A DNA stretch of 26,960 nucleotides from a virus (Duplodnaviria; Caudoviricetes). Shown here piece by piece: positions 1 through 9,784 of the stretch. Within the stretch, counting starts at the first letter, position 1, and each line of letters opens with the position of its first letter. The stretch is from positions 1 to 26,960 of the IMG/VR virus record IMGVR_UViG_3300046717_000179; one strand, written 5' to 3'. The notes below the pieces were generated by a model. It had not been told where the DNA came from, did not search any database, and saw only the letters and a program-made list of their open reading frames with translations. A program made the position numbers and the translations under genes.

Positions 1-43
1 CCCAGTAGATAAAGGCTCAGTTGCCAATACGGACCAGGAGCTC

Positions 44-967
44 ATGGCTGCTGCGTTCGATGGCGATGAGCCTGATTTCGACGATACCGACCGTTCCCTA
101 GAGGAGATGGGCGACGGGCCGGAAGGCCAGCACGTCGAGGACGAGGAGGTCGAAGAGGCCGCCGCGCCCGAGGGTGATGAACCTCCCAAAAAGCCCGCAG
201 AGCCCGAGGAGCCGGCCGACGAACCGGGCGACGAGCCCGAGGAAGCGGACGAGCCCGAGGAACCGCGCGACCCAGTCGGGATGCGCGCGGCGATGCTGTC
301 CGAGCGCAAGCAGCGGCAAGCGGCGGAAGCTGCTTCCAAAGCGGCGCGCGAGGAAATTGCTGCGGCCAACGCGCGGATCGATCGCATCCTCGCCCAGCAG
401 CAACCGCAACAGCAGCAACCCCCTCCGCCGGCGCCGGCCAAACCGGACCCGGTGCTCGATCCCGATGGATACGAGCGGTACGTCGTGGCGCAGATGGAGC
501 AGCGCTACACGATGCGGCGCATCGAGGAAACATTCCAGGAAACCCACGAGACCGTGGGCAAGGAATTCGAGGCGGCGTACGAGAGCCTGCGAAAACTGGA
601 CGCCAACAACCCTGTCGACCGAGCGATCGGCAACCGCATCTACACCTCGCCCAATCCGGGCAAGGCGCTGATGCGGTGGCACCGCGAACAGACGATGCTC
701 CAGGAAATGGGCAACGATCCCGCGGCGTATCGGCAGAAACTGCGCGACGAGCTCCTCAACGATCCGGACATGGTCAAAGCCGTGCTCGCCAGAGTGCGCG
801 AGCAACGCGACGGTGGCGGGCAACAGCCCGGCGCCCCGCGCAACGTCACCCGATTGCCTCCGTCCCTCAACCGGGCGCGCGGTGGGAGCACCAGTAACGA
901 GCTCCTCGGCGCGGCCGACAACACGGACGAGGCGATCTTCAATTACGCCATGAATGGCAACGGCTGA
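44..967 (+). CDS. Capsid scaffolding protein (putative); may start upstream of the window
   Basis: Acidic disordered N-terminus, coiled coil (LSERKQRQAAEAA), basic/Pro C-tail (RLPPSLNRARG); directly precedes major capsid gene. Frame is open back to position 2, so the start is uncertain. Confidence 0.7.
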   Translation: MAAAFDGDEPDFDDTDRSLEEMGDGPEGQHVEDEEVEEAAAPEGDEPPKKPAEPEEPADEPGDEPEEADEPEEPRDPVGMRAAMLSERKQRQAAEAASKAAREEIAAANARIDRILAQQQPQQQQPPPPAPAKPDPVLDPDGYERYVVAQMEQRYTMRRIEETFQETHETVGKEFEAAYESLRKLDANNPVDRAIGNRIYTSPNPGKALMRWHREQTMLQEMGNDPAAYRQKLRDELLNDPDMVKAVLARVREQRDGGGQQPGAPRNVTRLPPSLNRARGGSTSNELLGAADNTDEAIFNYAMNGNG

Positions 968-1001
968 CCGAAAAGTACGGCAGCCGTTGGGGAGATAGCC
1001 A

Positions 1002-2141
1002 ATGGCTTCCACTACCGTCCAACAGAATAATAAACTTATTGTATTTCGCCGGCAGATCTGCCGCGAATACATCCGCGAGAACCTGTTCTCGCCCTACATG
1101 GGATCGGCCGTCACTTCGATCATCCGGTCGTTCACCGAGCTCAAGAAGGGCGGCGAGCAAGTCAACATTCCGTTGATCGCTCGCCTTAAGCAGCAGGCGA
1201 TTTCGACCGGCGCCCTGGTCGGCAACGAGGAGTCGCTCGACAACTACGGCATGCGCATGTGGATCGATTGGGCGCGCAACGCCGTGAAGATCAGCAACGC
1301 GGAGGAACAGAAATCCTCGGTCGACCTGTTCGCCGAGGCCAGGCCGATGCTGTCGGACTGGGGCAAGGAGCTCCAGCGCGACGAGATCATCGACGCCCTG
1401 CACGCGGTGCCATCGGAGAGTGCTCCTGCCGCATTGGGTACGGCCTACGGCCAGCGCGTCAACGGCATCTACATGGATGCCGCCGCCGCGGTCGACCGCA
1501 ATACGTGGCTGACGAACAACACCGACCGCGTGCTGTTCGGCACCAACAAGTCGAACAACACCGGCGTGTTCGCGTCGTCATGCGCCAACATCAACGCGAT
1601 GCCGCTGTCGGCTTCGATCCTGACCAAGATCAAGCGCATCGCCAAAGCGGCCAATCCGCGCATCCGGCCGTTCAAGCTGACCAACGGCAGGGAATATTTC
1701 GTGATGTTCGTCGGCCAGGAACCGTTCCGCGATCTCTTGGCCGACTCGACGATCATCAGCGCGAACACCAACGCGCGTGCTCGTGAAGGCGACGGCATCA
1801 ACAAGAACCCGCTGTTCCAGGATGGTGACCTGCTCTACAACGGTATCATCATTCGGGAAATCCCGGAGATGTCGATCCGCCTTCCGGTGTTCTACACGAC
1901 CGCCGGATCGGGCGGCACGCGCATCGCGCCGTGCTTCCTGTGCGGACAAATGGCGGCGGCGCTGGTCTATGGCCGGATGCCGATGCTGACGTTCCTCAAG
2001 GAAGACGACTATCAGTTCTTCCGGGGCGCGGGCATCAAGATGGCCTACGGCGTGGGCAAGATCGTCAAGAAAGACCTCGCCGGCCTGCTCAAGGAATGGG
2101 GCATCGCCACGGTGTTCGTCACTGCGACGGCCGACGCCTAA
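1002..2141 (+). CDS. Major capsid protein (DUF4043 / N4-gp56-like)
   Basis: 379 aa, SD GGGGAG, motifs ENLFSPYMG, LVGNEESL, KNPLFQDGDLLYNGIIIRE resembling this capsid family; follows scaffold gene. Confidence 0.85.
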   Translation: MASTTVQQNNKLIVFRRQICREYIRENLFSPYMGSAVTSIIRSFTELKKGGEQVNIPLIARLKQQAISTGALVGNEESLDNYGMRMWIDWARNAVKISNAEEQKSSVDLFAEARPMLSDWGKELQRDEIIDALHAVPSESAPAALGTAYGQRVNGIYMDAAAAVDRNTWLTNNTDRVLFGTNKSNNTGVFASSCANINAMPLSASILTKIKRIAKAANPRIRPFKLTNGREYFVMFVGQEPFRDLLADSTIISANTNARAREGDGINKNPLFQDGDLLYNGIIIREIPEMSIRLPVFYTTAGSGGTRIAPCFLCGQMAAALVYGRMPMLTFLKEDDYQFFRGAGIKMAYGVGKIVKKDLAGLLKEWGIATVFVTATADA

Positions 2142-2170
2142 CCGCGCACTCAAATCGAAAGGTTCATCCC

Positions 2171-2704
2171 ATGTCGAAAAACCTCAAGATCGCGGCGTGC
2201 GTTGCCTTCGTGCTCGCAGTCGCTGTTATTGCTCTCACGGTCGGCGCCTCTGCGGCGGTGCCGGCCGCCGGCCTCGGCCTGCTCGCACTGACCGTGCCGC
2301 CAACCTTTGCGGCACGCAATTCGGGCGAACAGCAACTGCACTTCATGCGCTATCGGATCACGGTCGGCAGCGTCGCGGCGCTGTCGGCCGGCGTCAAGAT
2401 CGGGCGCCTGCCGGCGCGGGCGTTCATCAATTCGATCGCGCTGCACGTGAATACGGCGTTCAACTCGGCGACGACCGACACGATCCAACTCGGAACGACG
2501 GCGAGCGGCGTCGACATCCTGGCGGCGGGGACGAGCATCCACGCCGCCGGATATTTGGCGCCCGCAACGCCCGCCGGCCTCGGGATCGTGGTCGCGACCG
2601 CCGGCGAGCAAGACATCTACTTGAAATATTCCCAGACCGGCGGTGCGGCGACTGCCGGTGATGCCACCCTGGTGATCACCTTCTTCCCCGACAACGATCA
2701 GTGA
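2171..2704 (+). CDS. Capsid-associated (decoration/cement-like) protein with N-terminal signal-peptide-like segment
   Basis: ATG 2171 after AAGG; track ORF 1931 is over-extended. MSKNLK + hydrophobic run + ASA, then small beta-rich domain (VNTAFNSATTDTIQLGT...ATAGDATLVITF). Between capsid gene and terminator. Confidence 0.65.
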   Translation: MSKNLKIAACVAFVLAVAVIALTVGASAAVPAAGLGLLALTVPPTFAARNSGEQQLHFMRYRITVGSVAALSAGVKIGRLPARAFINSIALHVNTAFNSATTDTIQLGTTASGVDILAAGTSIHAAGYLAPATPAGLGIVVATAGEQDIYLKYSQTGGAATAGDATLVITFFPDNDQ

Positions 2705-2716
2705 CGCCTCGGACTT

Positions 2717-2751
2717 GGCCAGCGGGGTCTAGCCTCCCCGCTGGTCCTTTT
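2717..2751 (+). terminator. Rho-independent terminator after the capsid + decoration genes
   Basis: Stem CCAGCGGGG (2719-2727) / CCCCGCTGG (2736-2744) followed by TCCTTTT. Confidence 0.75.
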
Positions 2752-2771
2752 GACTGAAAAGGAAAAACCAC

Positions 2772-3122
2772 ATGATCACGCACAAGAACGACAAGAACGA
2801 ACACGAAGACGACACTCCGCGGCGCGGACCAGGGCGACCGCCCAAGGTTCAGGAGCCCAAGGAGGTCAAGGTGACCTACCATCCGCTGGAAAACGGCGAC
2901 CCGGTCGAGATCAACTGGGACGGCGAGACATTCAAGGCGGGCGAAGCGAAAGTAGTGAGGCGCAGGGATCTGGTCGCGATGGCGAGAAACAATCCGTGGT
3001 TCGAGGTCGAGGGCCACCCGCGGGCAGAGCGGTTCAAGCCAACGGCCGAGCCGATCCCGCCGGCGGGTGCGGATGTCGACCCGATCGCGCACGATGACCG
3101 CAAGATGGTCGAGGGCGAATGA
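2772..3122 (+). CDS. Hypothetical head-module protein
   Basis: SD AAGGA, 116 aa, RRGPGRPPK motif, ATGA overlap with next gene. Confidence 0.7.
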   Translation: MITHKNDKNEHEDDTPRRGPGRPPKVQEPKEVKVTYHPLENGDPVEINWDGETFKAGEAKVVRRRDLVAMARNNPWFEVEGHPRAERFKPTAEPIPPAGADVDPIAHDDRKMVEGE

Positions 3123-3472
3123 GCAGAACGCGGGCGGACCTGGTCGGGAAGGCGCTCGACGTTCTCGGCATATCGGCGGTCGGGCAGACGATCGACGCCG
3201 ATACCGCCAAGATCATCGACGACGATATCGACACGGTGCTCAAAAGCCTCGCCGCCCGCGAGCTCGTCTACATCCCAAACCCTGACGCCGTCCCTGACGA
3301 GGTGTTCATCCAGGTCGCCATCCTGGTGGCCGACAGCAACAAGCAGAATTTCGGGCTGCAACAGGACGAGCTCGACAAGCTTGCGGTGTCGGTGCTGACG
3401 GCCGAGAGCCAGATCCGCGCGATCGTGCGCGGCCGGCCGACCTACGAGCGGCTGCGGAACGAGTACTACTGA
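3119..3472 (+). CDS. Head-tail adaptor (P22 gp4-like position)
   Basis: 117 aa helical protein (RADLVGKALDVLG...PTYERLRNEYY), translationally coupled on both sides; synteny. Confidence 0.65.
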   Translation: MSRTRADLVGKALDVLGISAVGQTIDADTAKIIDDDIDTVLKSLAARELVYIPNPDAVPDEVFIQVAILVADSNKQNFGLQQDELDKLAVSVLTAESQIRAIVRGRPTYERLRNEYY

Positions 3473-4908
3473 TGCCGACGCCAAAAATACCGTTCCCGGT
3501 GTCGACCGCGCCTGGCGGCCAGCCGCTCGAGGGCGCCGGCCGGCTGATCAACTGCGCCGCCGAGCCGACCATCGACGGGCGTTCGGTGCGCCACCGGCAA
3601 CCGGGCCTGACGACGTTTTGCACCACCACGCAGAACGGCTACCGCGGCGGCCTGCTGGTGACCAATTTCATGCTGATCGCCTTCAATGGCCGGCTGCAGA
3701 AGGTCGACGCCACAGGTGCAGTTTCTGACGTTGGTGCGCTCGCCGGCACCAAGCCGGTGTTCATGGCGCGCAACAATCTGGTGCCGACCTGTCAGGTGGC
3801 GATCGTCACCGAGAACGGCGCGTTTCTGACTGACGCCACCGGCGCGGCGCCGGCCGCCTGGCCGGATGCCGATCTGCCGTTCCCGAACAGCGTCTGCTTC
3901 CAGGACGGCTATTTTTTCTTCGGCATCGGCGACCGGCGGGTGTTCGCTTCCGGGATCAACGCATCCTCGATCGACCCGCTGTGCTTCATCACGGCGGAAA
4001 GCAAATCGCAGGACGCGCTGATCCGCGTGGTGGCGCACAAGGGCCTCTTGTTCATCTTCACCACGGCGGGCTGCGAAGTATGGAGCGACACGGCTAATCC
4101 GGCACCGGGTTTCCCATACTCGCGGCTCGCCGTGCTCGATCGTGGCCTGATCGCGCCCACCGCGGTCGCCGGCTGGGAAGAGGGTTTCGGCAACATGCTG
4201 TGGGTCGCCGACAATTGCGGCGTCTACCGGCTCGGCGCCGGCCTGCAGCCCGACAAGGTGAGCTCACCAGATCTCGATCGGCTGATCCAGGCGCAGGCGA
4301 AGGTCGACCCAACCCAATTGCAGGCGGGCTGCTACACAGTCGCGGGCAAATCGTTCTGGACGATTTCGGGGCCGGGCTTTACCTGGGAATTCAACCTCGA
4401 AAGCCAGAAGTGGAACGAGCGCATGAGCCTCGTTCTCGGCCAGTTTACCCGCTGGCGCGGCATGTTTGGCACGCTCGCGTTCAACAAGTGGCTGCTCGGC
4501 GATACGCAGACCGGCAGCATCGGCGCGATCGACGGCGCAGGCTATCGCGAATTCGGCACGCAGCAGGTTTGCCGGATTGAAAGCGGAGCGGTGGCAGACT
4601 TCCCGGTGCGCACCAGGGTCGCTCGAGTTGATTTTGAGTTCCAACCGGGCGTCGGCATCGCCACCGGAATTGACCCAATCGAGGTCAATCCGACCGTGGA
4701 AATCTCGTGGTCAGACGATGGCGGCACAAAATGGAGCGTGCCGATCATGCGCAAGCTCGGTCGGCAAGCTGACGGTCGGCACGCCTGCTACGCGACGTCG
4801 CTCGGCACGTCATCCCGCTATGGTCGCCGGTGGCGGCTCGACATCGCGGACCCGGTCTATGTCGGCCACATCGGCGGCACGCAATCGACCACGGTGAGGG
4901 CGCCGTAA
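3472..4908 (+). CDS. Packaged DNA stabilization / tail hub protein (P22 gp10-like)
   Basis: 478 aa beta-rich; motifs VCFQDGYFFF, EISWSDDGGTKWS, LGRQ..., RRWRLDIADPV typical of gp10-like proteins. Confidence 0.85.
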   Translation: MPTPKIPFPVSTAPGGQPLEGAGRLINCAAEPTIDGRSVRHRQPGLTTFCTTTQNGYRGGLLVTNFMLIAFNGRLQKVDATGAVSDVGALAGTKPVFMARNNLVPTCQVAIVTENGAFLTDATGAAPAAWPDADLPFPNSVCFQDGYFFFGIGDRRVFASGINASSIDPLCFITAESKSQDALIRVVAHKGLLFIFTTAGCEVWSDTANPAPGFPYSRLAVLDRGLIAPTAVAGWEEGFGNMLWVADNCGVYRLGAGLQPDKVSSPDLDRLIQAQAKVDPTQLQAGCYTVAGKSFWTISGPGFTWEFNLESQKWNERMSLVLGQFTRWRGMFGTLAFNKWLLGDTQTGSIGAIDGAGYREFGTQQVCRIESGAVADFPVRTRVARVDFEFQPGVGIATGIDPIEVNPTVEISWSDDGGTKWSVPIMRKLGRQADGRHACYATSLGTSSRYGRRWRLDIADPVYVGHIGGTQSTTVRAP

Positions 4909-5156
4909 TGCCGCTCACACAACCCAAGCCGCTGCCGCAACAGCCGCACGTCCCGCTGGTCACGATCGATGTGGGAGCCGGCATGGTCGCAGTGCCGCGG
5001 CCTTGGGTGGAGTATTTCCAATCGACCGACGCGATCCTGCGGCTCGTTGCGCACGCAAACACGGTCGCCGCTAACGACGCGGCGGCGGCAACCGCCGGCG
5101 TTCCGGTCGGCGGCTTCTACCAATCTGCCGGGGTCGTTCACATCAGGCTCGTTTAG
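4908..5156 (+). CDS. Small tail-associated protein
   Basis: TAATG overlap with the gp10-like stop; 82 aa (MPLTQPKPLP...PRPWVEYF...GVPVGGFYQSAGVVHIRLV). Confidence 0.65.
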   Translation: MPLTQPKPLPQQPHVPLVTIDVGAGMVAVPRPWVEYFQSTDAILRLVAHANTVAANDAAAATAGVPVGGFYQSAGVVHIRLV

Positions 5157-5178
5157 AGACAAGTAGAGGTATCAGGAT

Positions 5179-5829
5179 ATGGGCCTGTTCGACATCTTCT
5201 CTTCTGCTCCGCAGGAGCAGGCTGCTGCTGCTCAACAGGCTGCACTGCAGCGTGGTCAACAGCAAGGCACTGATCTCCTAAATCAGGGACTCAATCTCGG
5301 TACCCAATCCTATACGGCGGGGATCTCGCCTTTCTTGGCAAACCTCGGCACCACGCAGCAAGGACAAACTGCCTACGCCAACGCGACCGGCGTCAACGGG
5401 CCGCAAGGCAACGCGCAAGCGGTGGCGAATTTCCAGGGCAATCCCGGCTATCAGTATCAACTCGACCAGGCGACGCAGAACTACATGCGCAATCAGGCAT
5501 CGACCGGCGCGCTCGGCTCGGGCAACACAGCGGCCGGAATTACCGGGCTGGCATCAAACCTCGCCAACCAAAACTGGGGCCAGTACGTGCAAAACCTGCA
5601 GCCCTTCATCGGTGCCTCGACCGCCAACGCTGGCGGTGCGCTGCAGGGCTATTCCGGGCTCGCCGGTCAACAGGCATCGAACCTCGGTCAGCAGGCCAGC
5701 ATGGCCTACGGCACCAACGTCGGCATTGGCAACGCGCAGGCCGCGGCTGCCTTGGCGCCGCAGCAGGCGTCGCAGAACTTATGGAATTTTGGGCTCAATG
5801 CCGCCAAGACGGCGGCCGCCTTTATCTAG
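5179..5829 (+). CDS. DNA ejection/transfer protein (P22 gp7-like)
   Basis: MGLFDIFS start, Gln/Gly/Ala/Asn-rich, FQGNPGYQYQLDQ and GALGSGNT motifs. Confidence 0.75.
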   Translation: MGLFDIFSSAPQEQAAAAQQAALQRGQQQGTDLLNQGLNLGTQSYTAGISPFLANLGTTQQGQTAYANATGVNGPQGNAQAVANFQGNPGYQYQLDQATQNYMRNQASTGALGSGNTAAGITGLASNLANQNWGQYVQNLQPFIGASTANAGGALQGYSGLAGQQASNLGQQASMAYGTNVGIGNAQAAAALAPQQASQNLWNFGLNAAKTAAAFI

Positions 5830-5838
5830 GGTGATCTA

Positions 5839-7419
5839 ATGCCCGCTTGGGACAATGCTCAACTTCCGGCTCCGCCGAGCCTCGTGGTGCCGAAGGCCGA
5901 CTTCTCGGCGCTCGGCGACCTCGGGCAGGCTTACTACCAGGGCCAGCAACTGCAACGTCAGCAGGCTATCCAGACCGCATTTAAGGAAGGGCTGCCAAAA
6001 GACGCTAGCGGGCAGCCCGATTACAAGGCTGCGGCCCAGAAGCTGTTTCAACTCGGTGACTATGCCGGCGGGACCAACCTGTTGAAGCTCGAGTACGGTT
6101 TGCGGGACACTCCGACGCAGCCGAGCCCGTTCGATCCAGGGGTCGCGCCAGGATCGCAGCCAGCCGCTCGACCTTCCATGCAGCCGCAGCCTGTCGCGCC
6201 AGAGCCGCCAGGTCCGCAGGGACCGCAGGGGCCAACGCAGAGTGGGATCGGCCCCATTGCTGATGCGACGGTCGGGCCGGCGCAACCGATTCCACCCGAC
6301 ATGTCGACTGCGGACGCACTTGGAAATGTGAGCAGAACCGGGCAGGTGGTGCCGCCGCAGACCGGGCCGGCGGGGCCTTCTGCGCCTGGGCCGCAGGCAC
6401 AGGTGCAGCCGCAACAGGTATCGACCGCCGCCGCCGATGCGCTGGTGCCGGATCGATTGAGAGGCAGGATGAGCGCGCCAAATTGGCGCGATTATCTCCG
6501 CAGTCAGCAGGATCTTGCAACTCAGCAGGCGCAAGAAGCAAACCGGAAGAATACCGCGCTTGGTATGAAAATTGATACGGCGCCGCTGCTCGCACGCGCG
6601 AAAATGTTTGGTGATGCCGCGGACAAGATCGACGCCGCGCTTGCGCCGACCGAGGGACAGAAGGATGTCGCGGCTGATATTCCCAGGCAGAAGATACAGC
6701 AGGAGAGTTCACAAAAGCGTGGCGAAGCGTCCTATACCGGCATCGGTCAGGTGGCAAAGTTGTGGGAGACGGGCGGCGGCAAGACGTACAACAATCTTGC
6801 GAAATCAATCCTAAATCAGCCGGCATTGTATACCGGATTTGGCGCGAACGAGGTTTTGGATCTCAACAAGGTCCGATCCACGCTTGGCGGCAACCCGAAT
6901 GCCGCCATGTATGTCGAGGCGCTCAAGAAGCTGACGGCGGCAGACGTGCTCAACACCATCAATGCGACCAGGGCCGAGGCATCGGAAGGTTCGCTCAACT
7001 CGCAAGCTGGCCGCACCTTCCAGTCGCAGGTTGAACAGGCAGAAAAGACAGCACTCAACACCGAAAGCACGCTCGCCGGCAATAGATTTTTGGCCGAGCT
7101 CAAGGGACGTATGGGCGAGTATTCGGTGCGCGTGCGCAATCTGGCGAACGATTATTATTCAAAGCATAAAACCTTGGACGAGGGTTTCGACAAGATTGTC
7201 GACGCCGACCTGAAATCGCGCCCGCTTTTCACCCCCGGTGAGTTGAAAAATCCCTCGCTCATCGGCGCACCGATAACGCCCTACAGCGACCCAGGGCAGA
7301 CCATGGCCTGGGCGCAGAAGATGGGGATTAAGGACGGTGACCCGATCCGCACGCCGGGCGGAAAAATCGTTACGCTTCATATCCCGATATATCCAAAGCA
7401 GCAGTCGGCGCCTCCATGA
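5839..7419 (+). CDS. Putative ejection / internal virion protein 2
   Basis: 526 aa, DFSALGDLGQAY N-terminus, Pro/Gln linker, helical C-half; gp20-like position. Confidence 0.6.
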   Translation: MPAWDNAQLPAPPSLVVPKADFSALGDLGQAYYQGQQLQRQQAIQTAFKEGLPKDASGQPDYKAAAQKLFQLGDYAGGTNLLKLEYGLRDTPTQPSPFDPGVAPGSQPAARPSMQPQPVAPEPPGPQGPQGPTQSGIGPIADATVGPAQPIPPDMSTADALGNVSRTGQVVPPQTGPAGPSAPGPQAQVQPQQVSTAAADALVPDRLRGRMSAPNWRDYLRSQQDLATQQAQEANRKNTALGMKIDTAPLLARAKMFGDAADKIDAALAPTEGQKDVAADIPRQKIQQESSQKRGEASYTGIGQVAKLWETGGGKTYNNLAKSILNQPALYTGFGANEVLDLNKVRSTLGGNPNAAMYVEALKKLTAADVLNTINATRAEASEGSLNSQAGRTFQSQVEQAEKTALNTESTLAGNRFLAELKGRMGEYSVRVRNLANDYYSKHKTLDEGFDKIVDADLKSRPLFTPGELKNPSLIGAPITPYSDPGQTMAWAQKMGIKDGDPIRTPGGKIVTLHIPIYPKQQSAPP

Positions 7420-9749
7420 ACGATTGGACCGCCACATATACGACCGACCCGGCGACGGGGCGCCAGATCACCCGGATCAGCCCGGCTGGCGGCGCGCGGG
7501 CGGAGCCGGACAAGCCGCCGAGCGAGGGCGGCGTCGGAGCGAAGGGCAACAAACAGACGCCCGCTGCTGCCGGCGCCAAGAGCGTCGAGGACTGGCCGGA
7601 ATATGTCGACAAGAGCGCGCCGCCGCCGGCGCCCGCGGTGCCGGGACAGCGTGCCCAGTCGGTCGAGGACTGGCCGGAACACGTCGACACCAGCGTGCCG
7701 ATGCAGCCCGAGCGCGAGGTTGGGGTCGGTGAGGCGGTGAAGGCAGCCGCGCGCGCCGGCCCAACTTTCGGGTTCGAGCCGGCGCTGCAGGGTGTCAAGG
7801 CGGCCGGGCAGGCGCCGGGCGGTGGCCTCGTCGATCAGGTTGCCGGCCATATGGCGCGGATCGCCGAGACGACCTTGAACCCTGTCGGCTCGTTGATGGA
7901 AGCGCACGGCGTTCCGACGATCTCCAGCCTGATCGGGCTGCCGCAAGGCCATGAGATCGTCCAGGGCCTCGCGCGCATCATCCACGACAAGATCACAGGC
8001 GGCGACCCAGCGGCTACGGCTGCCTATGCGCCGGGGCGCGACACGGCGCAAGAAACCCAGGATCTCGCGGCCAAGCAGCATCCCTGGGCGTATTATCCCA
8101 CCCTCGTCGCCAGCAGCCTTGCGGTGCCGGGTGGGCCGGTGGCGGGCGCTGGCCGGCTTGCGAACCTCGGGCGCGGAATAGCGACCGGCGCGGCGCTGGG
8201 CGGTGCCCAGGGCGTCGGCGAGGCCGTCAGCCGCGGCGAAAGCCTGCCCGACGTGGCCTACAGCGGCGCCAAGGGCGCGGCTGTAGGCGGCGCGGTCGGC
8301 GGGCCGCTCGGGGCAATCCTGCCGGCTGCGGCGCGACCCGCCGTGACGGCCGGCGAACGGGCGGCGCAGACTTCCATTCGCCTCGGCGAGCCGCTGCCGC
8401 GCGGTGTCGTATCGGACCGTCCATGGCTGCAGAGAACGACGGCGCATGCGCAAGCGGTGCCTATTCTCGGCTCACGCATCTCGCACGGCGTCGAGCGAAC
8501 CGCGGAGGCTGCCGGCGAGCACGTCGAGGGCATCGCTGGCGGCCTGACCCAGGGTTCACGCGACCGGGCAGTGGCCGACACGGTGGTGCGGCCCGGCCTG
8601 GAGGCGGCGGTCGAGGCCAACCGGCAGACGGCCGACGCGCTCTACAGGGGCGTGCGTGGGCTGATTGACCAGGATGCGCATTTCACCATGCCGCGCACCC
8701 AGGCGACCCTTGATGCAATTGCGGCCACGCGGCGGGCCGCCGGCCACGAGAACCCCGAGGCCGGCCTGGGCCAGTTCCGCAATGTGTCGGAGGGCGCAAC
8801 CTTCAACGGCGCGCACCGCGCCAGGGCCGACGCCCGCGAGGCCGGCAACGCGCTCACGCCCCATCCCGGCTACAACGCCGCGGACTATAATCGGCTGACC
8901 CGCGCGATGACGGCCGACCTGCGCAGCATGGTGCAGGTGGCGGCGACAGATCAGACCCCGGCCGGCCAGCGCGCCGCGGTCAATGCCTTCAACGAGGCCG
9001 AGCGCGCATTCGGACCAATCGCCGAGGCGAACAGGCGCTTAAATGCTCTGGCCCGCGCGCCGGGCGAGACTGCAATCTCGAAATTGCTCAATGCGGCCAA
9101 GGAAAAGGGCGGCGATGTGCGGCTGCTCGCCGAACTCGAGCGCAATATGCCGCCGGACGCGTTCCATCACCTCGGCGGACAATTGCTGTTCGAGCTCGGG
9201 CATTCGCCCAGAACGGGCGAATTCAGCTTGGCACAATTCGTCACCAACTGGGACAAGCTATCGGAGCGTGGGCGCGACATCCTGTTTTCGCCGCAGCACC
9301 GTACCGACCTGGAAGAAATCTTTCAGATGGGGCAGCACATCAAGGGCGCCCTCAAGGAAAGCAGCACCTCGCATTCGGCGACCCCTCTCGTGGCATTCGA
9401 GATGCTCAAGGAGCTCGGCGCTTTCATTGGCGACGTCTACCATGGCGGCGGTGGCATATACACGGCAGGCGCCGCCGCCACCACCGCCGGCATCGGTGCG
9501 GTGACCCATTGGCTGGGAAACCCGGTGCAGGCGCGCGCCATCAGCAACTGGACGAGGGCCTACCGGGCGGCGACGCTAGGGGCACCGACGCCGGCGCGGA
9601 TAGCAGCCCTCAAAATCGCGTCCCGCAATCTCGCGCACAATCTCAATATCCCCGTCGAAGATGTCATGCGGACGATGCAAAAGCATACGCCCGCCGCGGC
9701 AGACGAGCAGCAACAGGATAATCGACCCCAAGTCCCACAGAGTAGGTAG
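7416..9749 (+). CDS. Putative large ejection / internal virion protein 3
   Basis: 777 aa Ala/Gly-rich with GxxxG hydrophobic stretches; ATGA overlap; gp16-like position. Confidence 0.65.
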   Translation: MNDWTATYTTDPATGRQITRISPAGGARAEPDKPPSEGGVGAKGNKQTPAAAGAKSVEDWPEYVDKSAPPPAPAVPGQRAQSVEDWPEHVDTSVPMQPEREVGVGEAVKAAARAGPTFGFEPALQGVKAAGQAPGGGLVDQVAGHMARIAETTLNPVGSLMEAHGVPTISSLIGLPQGHEIVQGLARIIHDKITGGDPAATAAYAPGRDTAQETQDLAAKQHPWAYYPTLVASSLAVPGGPVAGAGRLANLGRGIATGAALGGAQGVGEAVSRGESLPDVAYSGAKGAAVGGAVGGPLGAILPAAARPAVTAGERAAQTSIRLGEPLPRGVVSDRPWLQRTTAHAQAVPILGSRISHGVERTAEAAGEHVEGIAGGLTQGSRDRAVADTVVRPGLEAAVEANRQTADALYRGVRGLIDQDAHFTMPRTQATLDAIAATRRAAGHENPEAGLGQFRNVSEGATFNGAHRARADAREAGNALTPHPGYNAADYNRLTRAMTADLRSMVQVAATDQTPAGQRAAVNAFNEAERAFGPIAEANRRLNALARAPGETAISKLLNAAKEKGGDVRLLAELERNMPPDAFHHLGGQLLFELGHSPRTGEFSLAQFVTNWDKLSERGRDILFSPQHRTDLEEIFQMGQHIKGALKESSTSHSATPLVAFEMLKELGAFIGDVYHGGGGIYTAGAAATTAGIGAVTHWLGNPVQARAISNWTRAYRAATLGAPTPARIAALKIASRNLAHNLNIPVEDVMRTMQKHTPAAADEQQQDNRPQVPQSR
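7581..7694 (+). repeat. Intragenic duplicated motif SVEDWPE(Y/H)VD(K/T)S
   Basis: Copies at 7581-7616 and 7659-7694 share GTCGAGGACTGGCCGGAA. Confidence 0.85.
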
Positions 9750-9784
9750 GACCATCCACGCGATGACGCAGTAGAGCAGAAACA

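Noticed and set aside
98-1072. 324-aa minus-strand ORF and the many similar Arg/Pro-rich alternative-frame ORFs across the window
   Set aside because: Expected shadow ORFs in high-GC DNA overlapping better supported genes.
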